From Eledone cirrhosa (Eukaryota), in assembly GCA_964016885.1 (NCBI GenBank), contig OZ024753.1, forward strand, positions 24,924,001 through 24,988,000: 64,000 nt of DNA. The letters are read 5' to 3'. Position numbers and translations under genes: made by a program. Numbering within the stretch: the first letter of the stretch is position 1; every line of letters starts with the position of its first letter. This document shows positions 30,001 through 44,677 of the stretch, piece after piece. Below the pieces are notes generated by a model. It did not search any database, was not told where the DNA came from, and worked only from the letters and a program-made list of their open reading frames with translations.

Positions 30001-33000
30001 AACTCCAGTCAAGATATAGAAACATGATAGTAATAACTCCAGCCAAGACATAGAAACATGATAGTAATAACTCCAGCCAACACATAGAAACATGATAGTA
30101 ATAACTCCCGCCAAGATATAGAAACATGATAGTAATAACTCCAGTCAAGACATAGAAACATGATAGTAATAACTCCAGTCAAGATATAGAAACATGATAG
30201 TAATAACCCCAATCAAGTTATAGAAACATGATAGTAATAACTCCAACCAAGACATAGAAACATGATAGTAATAACTCCGACCAAAATATAGAAACAGGAT
30301 AGTAATAACTCTAACCAAGATATAGAAACATGATAGTAATAACTCCAACCAAAATATAGAAACATGATAGTAGTAACTCCAACCAAGACATAGAAACATG
30401 ATAGTAATAACTTCAACCAAGATATAGAAATAGGATAGTAATAACTCTAACCAAAATATTGAAACATGATAGTAATAACTCCAACCAAGATATAGAAACA
30501 GGATAGTAATAATTCCAACCAAGACATAGAAACAGGATAGTAATAACTCCAAACTAAATATGGAAACATGATAGTAATAACTCCAATCAAGACATAGAAA
30601 CAGTATAGTAATAACTCCTACCAAGACATAGAAACAGGATAGTAATAACTCCAACCAAGACATAGAAACAGGATAGTAATAACTCCAGCCAAGATATAGA
30701 AACAGTATAGTAATAACTCCAACCAAAATATAGAAACATGATAGTAGTAACTCCATCCAAGACATAGAAACATGATAGTAATAACTCCAACCAAGATATA
30801 GAAACATGATAATAATATCTCCAACCAAGACATAGAAACAGGATAGTAATAACTCCACCAAAGACATAGAAACAGGATAGTAATAACTCCAGACAAGACT
30901 GAGAAACATGATAATAATAATTCCAACCAAGACATAGAAACAGGATAGTAATAACTCCAAACTAAATATGGAAACATGATAGTAATAACTCCAATCAAGA
31001 CATAGAAACAGGATAGTAATAACTCCTACCAAGACATAGAAACAGGATAGTAATAACTCCAACCAAGACATAGAAACAGGATAGTAATAACTCCAGCCAA
31101 GATATAGAAACAGTATAGTAATAACTCCAAACAAGACATAGAAACAGGATAGTAATAACTCCAACCAAGACATAGAAACAGGATAGTAATAACTCCAGCC
31201 AAGATATAGAAACAGGATAGTAATAACTCCAACCAAGACATAGAAACATGATAGTAATAACTCCAACCAAGATATAGAAACAGGATAGTAATAACTCAAA
31301 CCAAGATATAGAAACAAGATAGTAATAACTCCAGTCAAGATATAGAAACATGATAGTAATAACTCCAGCCAAGACATAGAAACATGATAGTAATAACTCC
31401 AGCCAAGACATAGAAACATGATAGTAATAACTCCCGCCAAGATATAGAAACATGATAGTAATAACTCCAGTCAAGACATAGAAACATGATAGTAATAACT
31501 CCAGTCAAGATATAGAAACATGATAGTAATAACTCCAACCAAGACATAGAAACATGATAGTAATAACTCCAACCAAAATATAGAAACATGATAGTAACAA
31601 CTCCAACCAAGAAATAGAAACATGATAGTAGTAACTCCAACCAAAATATGGAAACATGATAGTAATAACTCCAACCAAGACATAGAAACATGATAGTAAT
31701 AACTCCAACCAAGACATAGAAACAGGATAGTAATAACTCCAACCGAGATATAGAAATAGGATAGTAATAACTCCAACCAAAATATTGAAACATGATAGTA
31801 ATAACTCCAACCAAGATATAGAAACATGATAGTAATAACTCCAACCAAGATATAGACACAGGATAGTAATAACTCCAACCAAGACATAGAAACAGGATAG
31901 TAATAACTCCAGACAAGACATAGGAACAGGATAGTAATAACTCCAGCAAAGACATAGAAACAGGATAGTAATAACTCCAGACAAGACTGAGAAACATGAT
32001 AATAATAACTCCAACCAAGACATAGAAACATGATAGTAATAACTCCAATCATGACATAAAAACATGATAATAATAACTTCAGTCAAGATATAGAAACATG
32101 ATAGTAATAACTCCAGTCAAGATATAGAAACATGATAGTAATAACTCCAGCCAAGACATAGAAACATGATAGTAATAACTCCAGCCAACACATAGAAACA
32201 TGATAGTAATAACTCCCGCCAAGATATAGAAACATGATAGTAATAACTCCAGTCAAGACATAGAAACATGATAGTAATAACTCCAGTCAAGATATAGAAA
32301 CATGATAGTAATAACCCCAATCAAGTTATAGAAACATGATAGTAATAACTCCAACCAAGACATAGAAACATGATAGTAATAACTCCGACCAAAATATAGA
32401 AACAGGATAGTAATAACTCTAACCAAGATATAGAAACATGATAGTAATAACTCCAACCAAAATATAGAAACATGATAGTAGTAACTCCAACCAAGACATA
32501 GAAACATGATAGTAATAACTTCAACCAAGATATAGAAATAGGATAGTAATAACTCTAACCAAAATATTGAAACATGATAGTAATAACTCCAACCAAGATA
32601 TAGAAACAGGATAGTAATAATTCCAACCAAGACATAGAAACAGGATAGTAATAACTCCAAACTAAATATGGAAACATGATAGTAATAACTCCAATCAAGA
32701 CATAGAAACAGTATAGTAATAACTCCTACCAAGACATAGAAACAGGATAGTAATAACTCCAACCAAGACATAGAAACAGGATAGTAATAACTCCAGCCAA
32801 GATATAGAAACAGTATAGTAATAACTACAACCAAGACATAGAAACAGGATAGTAATAACTCCAACCAAGACATAGAAACAGGATAGTAATAACTCCAGCC
32901 AAGATATAGAAACAGGATAGTAATAACTCCAACCAAGACATAGAAACAGGATAGTAATAACTCCAGCCAAGATATAGAAACAGTATAGTAATAACTCCAA

Positions 33001-33190
33001 CCAAGACATAGAAACAGGATAGTAATAACTCCAACCAAGACATAGAAACAGGATAGTAATAACTCCAGCCAAGATATAGAAACAGGATAGTAATAACTCC
33101 AACCAAGACATAGAAACATGATAGTAATAACTCCAACCAAGATATAGAAACAGGATAGTAATAACTCAAACCAAGATATAGAAACAAGAT
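24010..33190. repeat. Higher-order repeat of ~2.0-2.5 kb, four copies (periods 60, 73 and 62 monomers)
   Basis: The diagnostic variant AACCGAGATA occurs at 25111, 27151, 29633 and 31741 (offsets 2040, 2482, 2108). Identical ORF-track entries start at 24841, 26881, 29363 and 31471. Pair 24055/28577 gives a 4,522-bp (133-monomer) super-period. Confidence 0.9.
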
Positions 33191-34442
33191 AGTAATAACT
33201 CCCGCCAAGATATAGAAACATGATAGTAATAAATCCAGTCAAGACATAGAAACATGATAGTAATAACTCCAACCAAGACATAGAAACATGATAGTAATAA
33301 CTCCAACCAAAATATAGAAACATGATAGTAACAACTCCGACCAAGATATAGAAACATGATAGTAATAACTCCAACCAAAATATAGAAACATGATAGTAAT
33401 AACTCCAACCAAGACATAGAAACATGATAGTAATAACTCCAACCAAGACATAGAAACAGGATAGTAATAACTCCAACAAAGATATAGAAATAGGATAGTA
33501 ATAACTCCAACCAAAATATTGAAACATGATAGTAATAACTCCAACCAAGATATAGAAACAGGATAGTAATAACTCCAACCAAGACATAGAAACAGGATAG
33601 TAATAACTCCAGACAAGACATAGAAACAGGATAGTAATAACTCCAGACAAGACATAGAAACAGGATAGTAATAACTCCAGACAAGACATAGAAACAGGAT
33701 AGTAATAACTCCAACCAAGACATAGAAACAGGATAGTAATAACTCCAGACAAGACTGAGAAACATGATAGTAATAACTCCAACCAAGACATAGAAACAGG
33801 ATAGTAATAACTCCAGACAAGACTGAGAAACATGATAATAATAACTCCAACCAAGACATAGAAACATGATAGTAATAACCCCAATCATGACATAAAAACA
33901 TGAAAATAATAACTTCAGTCAAGATATAGAAACATGATAGTAATAACTCCAGTCAAGATATAGAAACATGATAGTAATAACTCCAGCCAAGACATAGAAA
34001 CATGATAGTAATAACTCCCGCCAAGATATAGAAACATGATAGTAATAACTCCAGTCAAGACATAGAAACATGATAGTAATAACTCCAGTCAAGATATAGA
34101 AACATGATAGTAATAACCCCAATCAAGTTATAGAAACATGATAATAATAACTCCAACCAAGACATAGAAACATGATAGGAATAACTCCAACCAAAATATA
34201 GAAACATGATAGTAACAACTCCAACCAAGAAATAGAAACATGATAGTAATAACTCCAACCAAAAAATGGAAACATGATAGTAATAACTCCAACCAAGACA
34301 TAGAAACATGATAGTAATAACTCCAACCAAGACATAGAAACAGGATAGTAATAACTCCAACCGAGATATAGAAATAGGATAGTAATAACTCCAACCAAAA
34401 TATTGAAACATGATAGTAATAACTCCAACCAAGATATAGAAA

Positions 34443-37298
34443 CATGATAGTAATAACTCCAACCAAGATATAGAAACAGGATAGTAATAACTCCAACCAA
34501 GACATAGAAACAGGATAGTAATAACTCCAGACAAGACATAGAAACAGGATAGTAATAACTCCAGCAAAGACATAGAAACAGGATAGTAATAACTCCAGAC
34601 AAGACTGAGAAACATGATAATAATAACTCCAACCAAGACATAGAAACATGATAGTAATAACTCCAATCATGACATAAAAACATGATAATAATAACTTCAG
34701 TCAAGATATAGAAACATGATAGTAATAACTGCAGCCAAGACATAGAAACATGATAGTAATAACTCCAGCCAACACATAGAAACATGATAGTAATAACTCC
34801 CGCCAAGATATAGAAACATGATAGTAATAACTCCAGTCAAGACATAGAAACATGATAGTAATAACTCCAGTCAAGATATAGAAACATGATAGTAATAACC
34901 CCAATCAAGTTATAGAAACATGATAGTAATAACTCCAACCAAGACATAGAAACATGATAGTAATAACTCCGACCAAAATATAGAAACAGGATAGTAATAA
35001 CTCTAACCAAGATATAGAAACATGATAGTAATAACTCCAACCAAAATATTGAAACATGATAGTAATAACTCCAACCAAGATATAGAAACAGGATAGTAAT
35101 AATTCCAACCAAGACATAGAAACAGGATAGTAATAACTCCAAACTAAATATGGAAACATGATAGTAATAACTCCAATCAAGACATAGAAACAGGATAGTA
35201 ATAACTCCTACCAAGACATAGAAACAGGATAGTAATAACTGCAACCAAGACATAGAAACAGGATAGTAATAACTCCAACCAAGACATAGAAACAGGATAG
35301 TAATAACTCCAGCCAAGATATAGAAACAGGATAGTAATAACTCCAACCAAGACATAGAAACAGGATAGTAATAACTCCAGCCAAGATATAGAAACAGTAT
35401 AGTAATAACTCCAACCAAGACATAGAAACAGGATAGTAATAACTCCAACCAAGACATAGAAACAGGATAGTAATAACTCCAACCAAGACATAGGAACAGG
35501 ATAGTAATAACTCCAGTCAAAACATAGAAACAGGATAGTAATAACTCCAACCAAGATATAGAAACAGGATAGTAATAACTCCAGTCAAGACATAGAAACA
35601 TGATAATAATAACTCCAACCAAGACATAGAAACATGATAGTAATAAACCCAATCATGACATAAAAACATGATAATAATAACTTCAGTCAAGATATAGAAA
35701 CATGATAGTAATAACTCCAGTCAAGATATAGAAACATGATAGTAATAACTCCAGCCAAGACATAGAAACATGATAGTAATAACTCCAGCCAACACATAGA
35801 AACATGATAGTAATAACTCCAGCCAAGATATAGAAACAGGATAGTAATAACTCCAGTCAAGACATAGAAACATGATAGTAATAACTCCAACCAAGATATA
35901 GAAACAGGATAGTAATAACTCCAACCAAGACATAGAAACAGGATAGTAATAACTCCAGACAAGACATAGAAACAGGATAGTAATAACTCCAGCAAAGACA
36001 TAGAAACAGGATAGTAATAACTCCAGACAAGACTGAGAAACATGATAATAATAACTCCAACCAAGACATAGAAACATGATAGTAATAACTCCAATCATGA
36101 CATAAAAACATGATAATAATAACTTCAGTCAAGATATAGAAACATGATAGTAATAACTGCAGCCAAGACATAGAAACATGATAGTAATAACTCCAGCCAA
36201 CACATAGAAACATGATAGTAATAACTCCCGCCAAGATATAGAAACATGATAGTAATAACTCCAGTCAAGACATAGAAACATGATAGTAATAACTCCAGTC
36301 AAGATATAGAAACATGATAGTAATAACCCCAATCAAGTTATAGAAACATGATAGTAATAACTCCAACCAAGACATAGAAACATGATAGTAATAACTCCGA
36401 CCAAAATATAGAAACAGGATAGTAATAACTCTAACCAAGATATAGAAACATGATAGTAATAACTCCAACCAAAATATTGAAACATGATAGTAATAACTCC
36501 AACCAAGATATAGAAACAGGATAGTAATAATTCCAACCAAGACATAGAAACAGGATAGTAATAACTCCAAACTAAATATGGAAACATGATAGTAATAACT
36601 CCAATCAAGACATAGAAACAGGATAGTAATAACTCCTACCAAGACATAGAAACAGGATAGTAATAACTCCAACCAAGACATAGAAACAGGATAGTAATAA
36701 CTCCAACCAAGACATAGAAACAGGATAGTAATAACTCCAGCCAAGATATAGAAACAGGATAGTAATAACTCCAACCAAGACATAGAAACAGGATAGTAAT
36801 AACTCCAGCCAAGATATAGAAACAGTATAGTAATAACTCCAACCAAGACATAGAAACAGGATAGTAATAACTCCAACCAAGACATAGAAACAGGATAGTA
36901 ATAACTCCAACCAAGACATAGGAACAGGATAGTAATAACTCCAGTCAAAACATAGAAACAGGATAGTAATAACTCCAACCAAGATATAGAAACAGGATAG
37001 TAATAACTCCAGTCAAGACATAGAAACATGATAATAATAACTCCAACCAAGACATAGAAACATGATAGTAATAAACCCAATCATGACATAAAAACATGAT
37101 AATAATAACTTCAGTCAAGATATAGAAACATGATAGTAATAACTCCAGTCAAGATATAGAAACATGATAGTAATAACTCCAGCCAAGACATAGAAACATG
37201 ATAGTAATAACTCCAGCCAACACATAGAAACATGATAGTAATAACTCCAGCCAAGATATAGAAACAGGATAGTAATAACTCCAGTCAAGACATAGAAA
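34443..37298. repeat. Tandem duplication of a 1,428-bp (42-monomer) unit: 34443-35870 and 35871-37298
   Basis: CTGCAG at 34729 and 36157. ORF pairs 34701/36129, 34837/36265 and 35177/36605 are all +1428. One visible difference, CTGCAACC at ~35239 versus CTCCAACC. Confidence 0.9.
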
Positions 37299-40200
37299 CA
37301 TGATAGTAATAACTCCAGTCAAGACATAGAAACATGATAGTAATAACTCCAGCCAAGACATAGAAACATGATAGTAATAACTCCAGCCAACACATAGAAA
37401 CATGATAGTAATAACTCCAGCCAAGATATAGAAACAGGATAGTAATAACTCCAGTCAAGACATAGAAACATGATAGTAATAACTCCAGTCAAGACATAGA
37501 AACATGATAGTAATAACTCCAGTCAAGACATAGAAACATGATAGTAATAACCCCAATCAAGTTATAGAAACATGATAGTAATAACTCCAACCAAGACATA
37601 GAAACATGATAGTAATAACTCCAACCAAAATATAGAAACAGGATAGTAATAACTCTAACCAAGATATAGAAACATGACAGTAATAACTCCAACCAAAATA
37701 TAGAAACATGATAGTAGTAACTCCAACCAAGACATAGAAACATGATAGTAATAACTCCAACCAAGACATAGAAACAGGATAGTAATAACTCCAACCAAGA
37801 CATAGAAACAGGATAGTAATAACTCCAACCAAGATATAGAAACAGGATAGTAATAACTCAAACCAAGATATAGAAACAAGATAGTAATAACTCCAGCCAA
37901 GATATAGAAACAGGATAGTAATAACTCCAACCAAGACATAGAAACATGATAGTAATAACTCCAACCAAGATATAGAAACAGGATAGTAATAACTCAAACC
38001 AAGATATAGAAACAAGATAGTAATAACTCCAGTCAAGATATAGAAACATGATAGTAATAACTCCAGCCAAGACATAGAAACATGATAGTAATAACTCCCG
38101 CCAAGATATAGAAACATGATAGTAATAACTCCAGTCAAGACATAGAAACATGATAGTAATAACTCCAACCAAGACATAGAAACATGATAGTAATAACTCC
38201 AACCAAAATATAGAAACATGATAGTAACAACTCCAACCAAGATATAGAAACATGATAGTAATAACTCTAACCAAAATATAGAAACATGATAGTAATAACT
38301 CCAACCAAGACATAGAAACATGATAGTAATAACTCCAACCAAGACATAGAAACAGGATAGTAATAACTCCAACGAAGATATAGAAATAGGATAGTAATAA
38401 CTCCAACCAAAATATTGAAACATGATAGTAATAACTCCAACCAAAATATTGAAACATGATAGTAATAACTCCAACCAAGATATAGAAACAGGATAGTAAT
38501 AACTCCAGACAAGACATAGAAACAGGATAGTAATAACTCCAGACAATACATAGAAACAGGATAGTAATAACTCCAGACAAGACACAGAAACATGATAGTA
38601 ATAACTCCAACCAAGATATAGAAACATGATAATAATATCTCCAACCAAGACATAGAAACAGGATAGTAATAACTCCAGACAAGACATAGAAACAGGATAG
38701 TAATAACTCCAACCAAGACATAGAAACAGGATAGTAATAACTCAAGACAAGACTGAGAAACATGATAGTAATAACTCCAACCAAGACATAGAAACAGGAT
38801 AGTAATAACTCCAGACAAGACTGAGAAACATGATAATAATAACTCCAACCAAGACATAGAAACATGATAGTAATAACCCCAATCATGACATAAAAACATG
38901 ATAATAATAACTTCAGTCAAGATATAGAAACATGATAGTAATAACTCCAGTCAAGATATAGAAGCATGATAGTAATAACTCCAGCCAAGACATAGAAACA
39001 TGATAGTAATAACTCCAGCCAACACATAGAAACATGATAGTAATAACTCCCGCCAAGATATAGAAACATGATAGTAATAACTCCAGTCAAGACATAGAAA
39101 CATGATAGTAATAACCCCAATCAAGTTATAGAAACATGATAGTAATAACTCCAACCAAGACATAGAAACATGATAGTAATAACTCCGACCAAAATATAGA
39201 AACAGGATAGTAATAACTCTAACCAAGATATAGAAACATGATAGTAATAACTCCAACCAAAATATTGAAACATGATAGTAATAACTCCAACCAAGATATA
39301 GAAACAGGATAGTAATAATTCCAACCAAGACATAGAAACAGGATAGTAATAACTCCAAACTAAATATGGAAACATGATAGTAATAACTCCAATCAAGACA
39401 TAGAAACAGGATAGTAATAACTCCTACCAAGACATAGAAACAGGATAGTAATAACTCCAACCAAGACATAGAAACAGGATAGTAATAACTCCAACCAAGA
39501 CATAGAAACAGGATAGTAATAACTCCAGCCAAGATATAGAAACAGGATAGTAATAACTCCAACCAAGACATAGAAACAGGATAGTAATAACTCCAGCCAA
39601 GATATAGAAACAGTATAGTAATAACTCCAACCAAGACATAGAAACAGGATAGTAATAACTCCAACCAAGACATAGAAACAGGATAGTAATAACTCCAACC
39701 AAGACATAGGAACAGGATAGTAATAACTCCAGTCAAAACATAGAAACAGGATAGTAATAACTCCAACCAAGATATAGAAACAGGATAGTAATAACTCCAG
39801 TCAAGACATAGAAACATGATAATAATAACTCCAACCAAGACATAGAAACATGATAGTAATAAACCCAATCATGACATAAAAACATGATAATAATAACTTC
39901 AGTCAAGATATAGAAACATGATAGTAATAACTCCAGTCAAGATATAGAAACATGATAGTAATAACTCCAGCCAAGACATAGAAACATGATAGTAATAACT
40001 CCAGCCAACACATAGAAACATGATAGTAATAACTCCAGCCAAGATATAGAAACAGGATAGTAATAACTCCAGTCAAGACATAGAAACATGATAGTAATAA
40101 CTCCAGTCAAGACATAGAAACATGATAGTAATAACTCCAGCCAAGACATAGAAACATGATAGTAATAACTCCAGCCAACACATAGAAACATGATAGTAAT

Positions 40201-41956
40201 AACTCCAGCCAAGATATAGAAACAGGATAGTAATAACTCCAGTCAAGACATAGAAACATGATAGTAATAACTCCAGTCAAGACATAGAAACATGATAGTA
40301 ATAACTCCAGTCAAGACATAGAAACATGATAGTAATAACCCCAATCAAGTTATAGAAACATGATAGTAATAACTCCAACCAAGACATAGAAACATGATAG
40401 TAATAACTCCAACCAAAATATAGAAACAGGATAGTAATAACTCTAACCAAGATATAGAAACATGACAGTAATAACTCCAACCAAAATATAGAAACATGAT
40501 AGTAGTAACTCCAACCAAGACATAGAAACATGATAGTAATAACTCCAACCAAGACATAGAAACAGGATAGTAATAACTCCAACCAAGACATAGAAACAGG
40601 ATAGTAATAACTCCAACCAAGATATAGAAACAGGATAGTAATAACTCAAACCAAGATATAGAAACAAGATAGTAATAACTCCAGCCAAGATATAGAAACA
40701 GGATAGTAATAACTCCAACCAAGACATAGAAACATGATAGTAATAACTCCAACCAAGATATAGAAACAGGATAGTAATAACTCAAACCAAGATATAGAAA
40801 CAAGATAGTAATAACTCCAGTCAAGATATAGAAACATGATAGTAATAACTCCAGCCAAGACATAGAAACATGATAGTAATAACTCCCGCCAAGATATAGA
40901 AACATGATAGTAATAACTCCAGTCAAGACATAGAAACATGATAGTAATAACTCCAACCAAGACATAGAAACATGATAGTAATAACTCCAACCAAAATATA
41001 GAAACATGATAGTAACAACTCCAACCAAGATATAGAAACATGATAGTAATAACTCTAACCAAAATATAGAAACATGATAGTAATAACTCCAACCAAGACA
41101 TAGAAACATGATAGTAATAACTCCAACCAAGACATAGAAACAGGATAGTAATAACTCCAACCAAGATATAGAAATAGGATAGTAATAACTCCAACCAAAA
41201 TATTGAAACATGATAGTAATAACTCCAACCAAAATATTGAAACATGATAGTAATAACTCCAACCAAGATATAGAAACAGGATAGTAATAACTCCAGACAA
41301 GACATAGAAACAGGATAGTAATAACTCCAGACAATACATAGAAACAGGATAGTAATAACTCCAGACAAGACACAGAAACATGATAGTAATAACTCCAACC
41401 AAGATATAGAAACATGATAATAATATCTCCAACCAAGACATAGAAACAGGATAGTAATAACTCCAGACAAGACATAGAAACAGGATAGTAATAACTCCAA
41501 CCAAGACATAGAAACAGGATAGTAATAACTCAAGACAAGACTGAGAAACATGATAGTAATAACTCCAACCAAGACATAGAAACAGGATAGTAATAACTCC
41601 AGACAAGACTGAGAAACATGATAATAATAACTCCAACCAAGACATAGAAACATGATAGTAATAACCCCAATCATGACATAAAAACATGATAATAATAACT
41701 TCAGTCAAGATATAGAAACATGATAGTAATAACTCCAGTCAAGATATAGAAGCATGATAGTAATAACTCCAGCCAAGACATAGAAACATGATAGTAATAA
41801 CTCCAGCCAACACATAGAAACATGATAGTAATAACTCCCGCCAAGATATAGAAACATGATAGTAATAACTCCAGTCAAGACATAGAAACATGATAGTAAT
41901 AACCCCAATCAAGTTATAGAAACATGATAGTAATAACTCCAACCAAGACATAGAAA
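36313..41956. repeat. Tandem duplication of a 2,788-bp (82-monomer) unit: 36313-39100 and 39101-41888
   Basis: The CCCCAATCAAGTTAT monomer is at 36313, 39101 and 41889. The private variants AGACAATACA and CTCAAGACAA each occur twice at +2788. ORF pairs 37149/39937, 37557/40345 and 38917/41705 agree. Confidence 0.92.
37163..37502. repeat. 2 x 170-bp (5-monomer) local tandem duplication, carried to ~39951, ~43215, ~48622, ~51988, ~58856 and ~63582
   Basis: The monomer series CCAGCCAAGAC / CCAGCCAACAC / CCAGCCAAGAT / (CAGG)CCAGTCAAGAC / CCAGTCAAGAC occurs twice in a row (37163-37332 and 37333-37502). Confidence 0.85.
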
Positions 41957-43418
41957 CATGATAGTAATAACTCCAACCAAGACATAGAAACAGGATAGTA
42001 ATAACTCCAGCAAAGACATAGAAACAGGATAGTAATAACTCCAACCAAAATATTGAAACATGATAGTAATAACTCCAACCAAGATATAGAAACAGGATAG
42101 TAATAATTCCAACCAAGACATAGAAACAGGATAGTAATAACTCCAAACTAAATATGGAAACATGATAGTAATAACTCCAATCAAGACATAGAAACAGGAT
42201 AGTAATAACTCCAACCAAGACATAGAAACAGGATAGTAATAACTCCAGACAAGACTGAGAAACATGATAATAATAACTCCAACCAAGACATAGAAACATG
42301 ATAGTAATAACCCCAATCATGACATAAAAACATGATAATAATAACTTCAGTCAAGATATAGAAACATGATAGTAATAACTGCAGCCAAGACATAGAAACA
42401 TGATAGTAATAACTCCAGCCAACACATAGAAACATGATAGTAATAACTCCAACCAAGACATAGAAACATGATAGTAATAACTCCGACCAAAATATAGAAA
42501 CAGGATAGTAATAACTCTAACCAAGATATAGAAACATGATAGTAATAACTCCAACCAAAATATAGAAACATGATAGTAGTAACTCCAACCAAGACATAGA
42601 AACATGATAGTAATAACTTCAACCAAGATATAGAAACAGGATAGTAATAACTCCTACCAAGACATAGAAACAGGATAGTAATAACTCCAACCAAGACATA
42701 GAAACAGGATAGTAATAACTCCAGCCAAGATATAGAAACAGTATAGTAATAACTCTAACCAAGACATAGAAACAGGATAGTAATAACTCCAACCAAGACA
42801 TAGAAACAGGATAGTAATAACTCCAGCCAAGATATAGAAACAAGATAGTAATAACTCCAACCAAGACATAGAAACAGGATAGTAATAACTCCAGCCAAGA
42901 TATAGAAACAGTATAGTAATAACTCCAACCAAGACATAGAAACAGGATAGTAATAACTCCAACCAAGACATAGAAACAGGATAGTAATAACTCCAGTCAA
43001 AACATAGAAACAGGATAGTAATAACTCCAACCAAGATATAGAAACAGGATAGTAATAACTCCAGTCAAGACATAGAAACATGATAATAATAACTCCAACC
43101 AAGACATAGAAACATGATAGTAATAAACCCAATCATGACATAAAAACATGATAATAATAACTTCAGTCAAGATATAGAAACATGATAGTAATAACTCCAG
43201 TCAAGATATAGAAACATGATAGTAATAACTCCAGCCAAGACATAGAAACATGATAGTAATAACTCCAGCCAACACATAGAAACATGATAGTAATAACTCC
43301 AGCCAAGATATAGAAACAGGATAGTAATAACTCCAGTCAAGACATAGAAACATGATAGTAATAACTCCAGTCAAGACATAGAAACATGATAGTAATAACT
43401 CCAGCCAAGACATAGAAA

Positions 43419-43453
43419 CATGATAGTAATAACTCCAGCACAACACATAGAAA
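43419..43453. other. Single 35-bp monomer (1-bp A insertion at 43440), the only register shift detected in the array
   Basis: It reads CTCCAGCACAACACATAG, whereas all sister copies read CTCCAGCCAACACATAG. The downstream register moves from 1+34k to 2+34k. Confidence 0.93.
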
Positions 43454-44677
43454 CATGATAGTAATAACTCCAGCCAAGATATAGAAACAGGATAGTAATA
43501 ACTCCAGTCAAGACATAGAAACATGATAGTAATAACTCCAGTCAAGACATAGAAACATGATAGTAATAACTCCAGTCAAGACATAGAAACATGATAGTAA
43601 TAACCCCAATCAAGTTATAGAAACATGATAGTAATAACTCCAACCAAGACATAGAAACATGATAGTAATAACTCCAACCAAAATATAGAAACAGGATAGT
43701 AATAACTCTAACCAAGATATAGAAACATGACAGTAATAACTCCAACCAAAATATAGAAACATGATAGTAGTAACTCCAACCAAGACATAGAAACATGATA
43801 GTAATAACTCCAACCAAGACATAGAAACAGGATAGTAATAACTCCAACCAAGACATAGAAACAGGATAGTAATAACTCCAACCAAGATATAGAAACAGGA
43901 TAGTAATAACTCAAACCAAGATATAGAAACAAGATAGTAATAACTCCAGCCAAGATATAGAAACAGGATAGTAATAACTCCAACCAAGACATAGAAACAT
44001 GATAGTAATAACTCCAACCAAGATATAGAAACAGGATAGTAATAACTCCAGTCAAGATATAGAAACATGATAGTAATAACTCCAGCCAAGACATAGAAAC
44101 ATGATAGTAATAACTCCCGCCAAGATATAGAAACATGATAGTAATAACTCCAGTCAAGACATAGAAACATGATAGTAATAACTCCAACCAAGACATAGAA
44201 ACATGATAGTAATAACTCCAACCAAAATATAGAAACATGATAGTAACAACTCCAACCAAGATATAGAAACATGATAGTAATAACTCTAACCAAAATATAG
44301 AAACATGATAGTAATAACTCCAACCAAGACATAGAAACATGATAGTAATAACTCCAACCAAGACATAGAAACATGATAGTAATAACCCCAATCAAGTTAT
44401 AGAAACATGATAGTAATAACTCCAACCAAGACATAGAAACATGATAGTAATAACTCCAGTCAAGACATAGAAACATGATAGTAATAACCCCAATCAAGTT
44501 ATAGAAACATGATAGTAATAACTCCAACCAAGACATAGAAACATGATAGTAATAACTCCAACCAAGACATAGAAACAGGATAGTAATAACTCCAACCAAG
44601 ACATAGAAACAGGATAGTAATAACTCCAACCAAGATATAGAAACAGGATAGTAATAACTCCAACCAAGACATAGAAA

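Noticed and set aside
35642-35647. AATAAA polyadenylation-like signals created by the TAATAAACCC variant
   Set aside because: It arises from one or two substitutions in the AATAACT core of the repeat, and there is no gene context.
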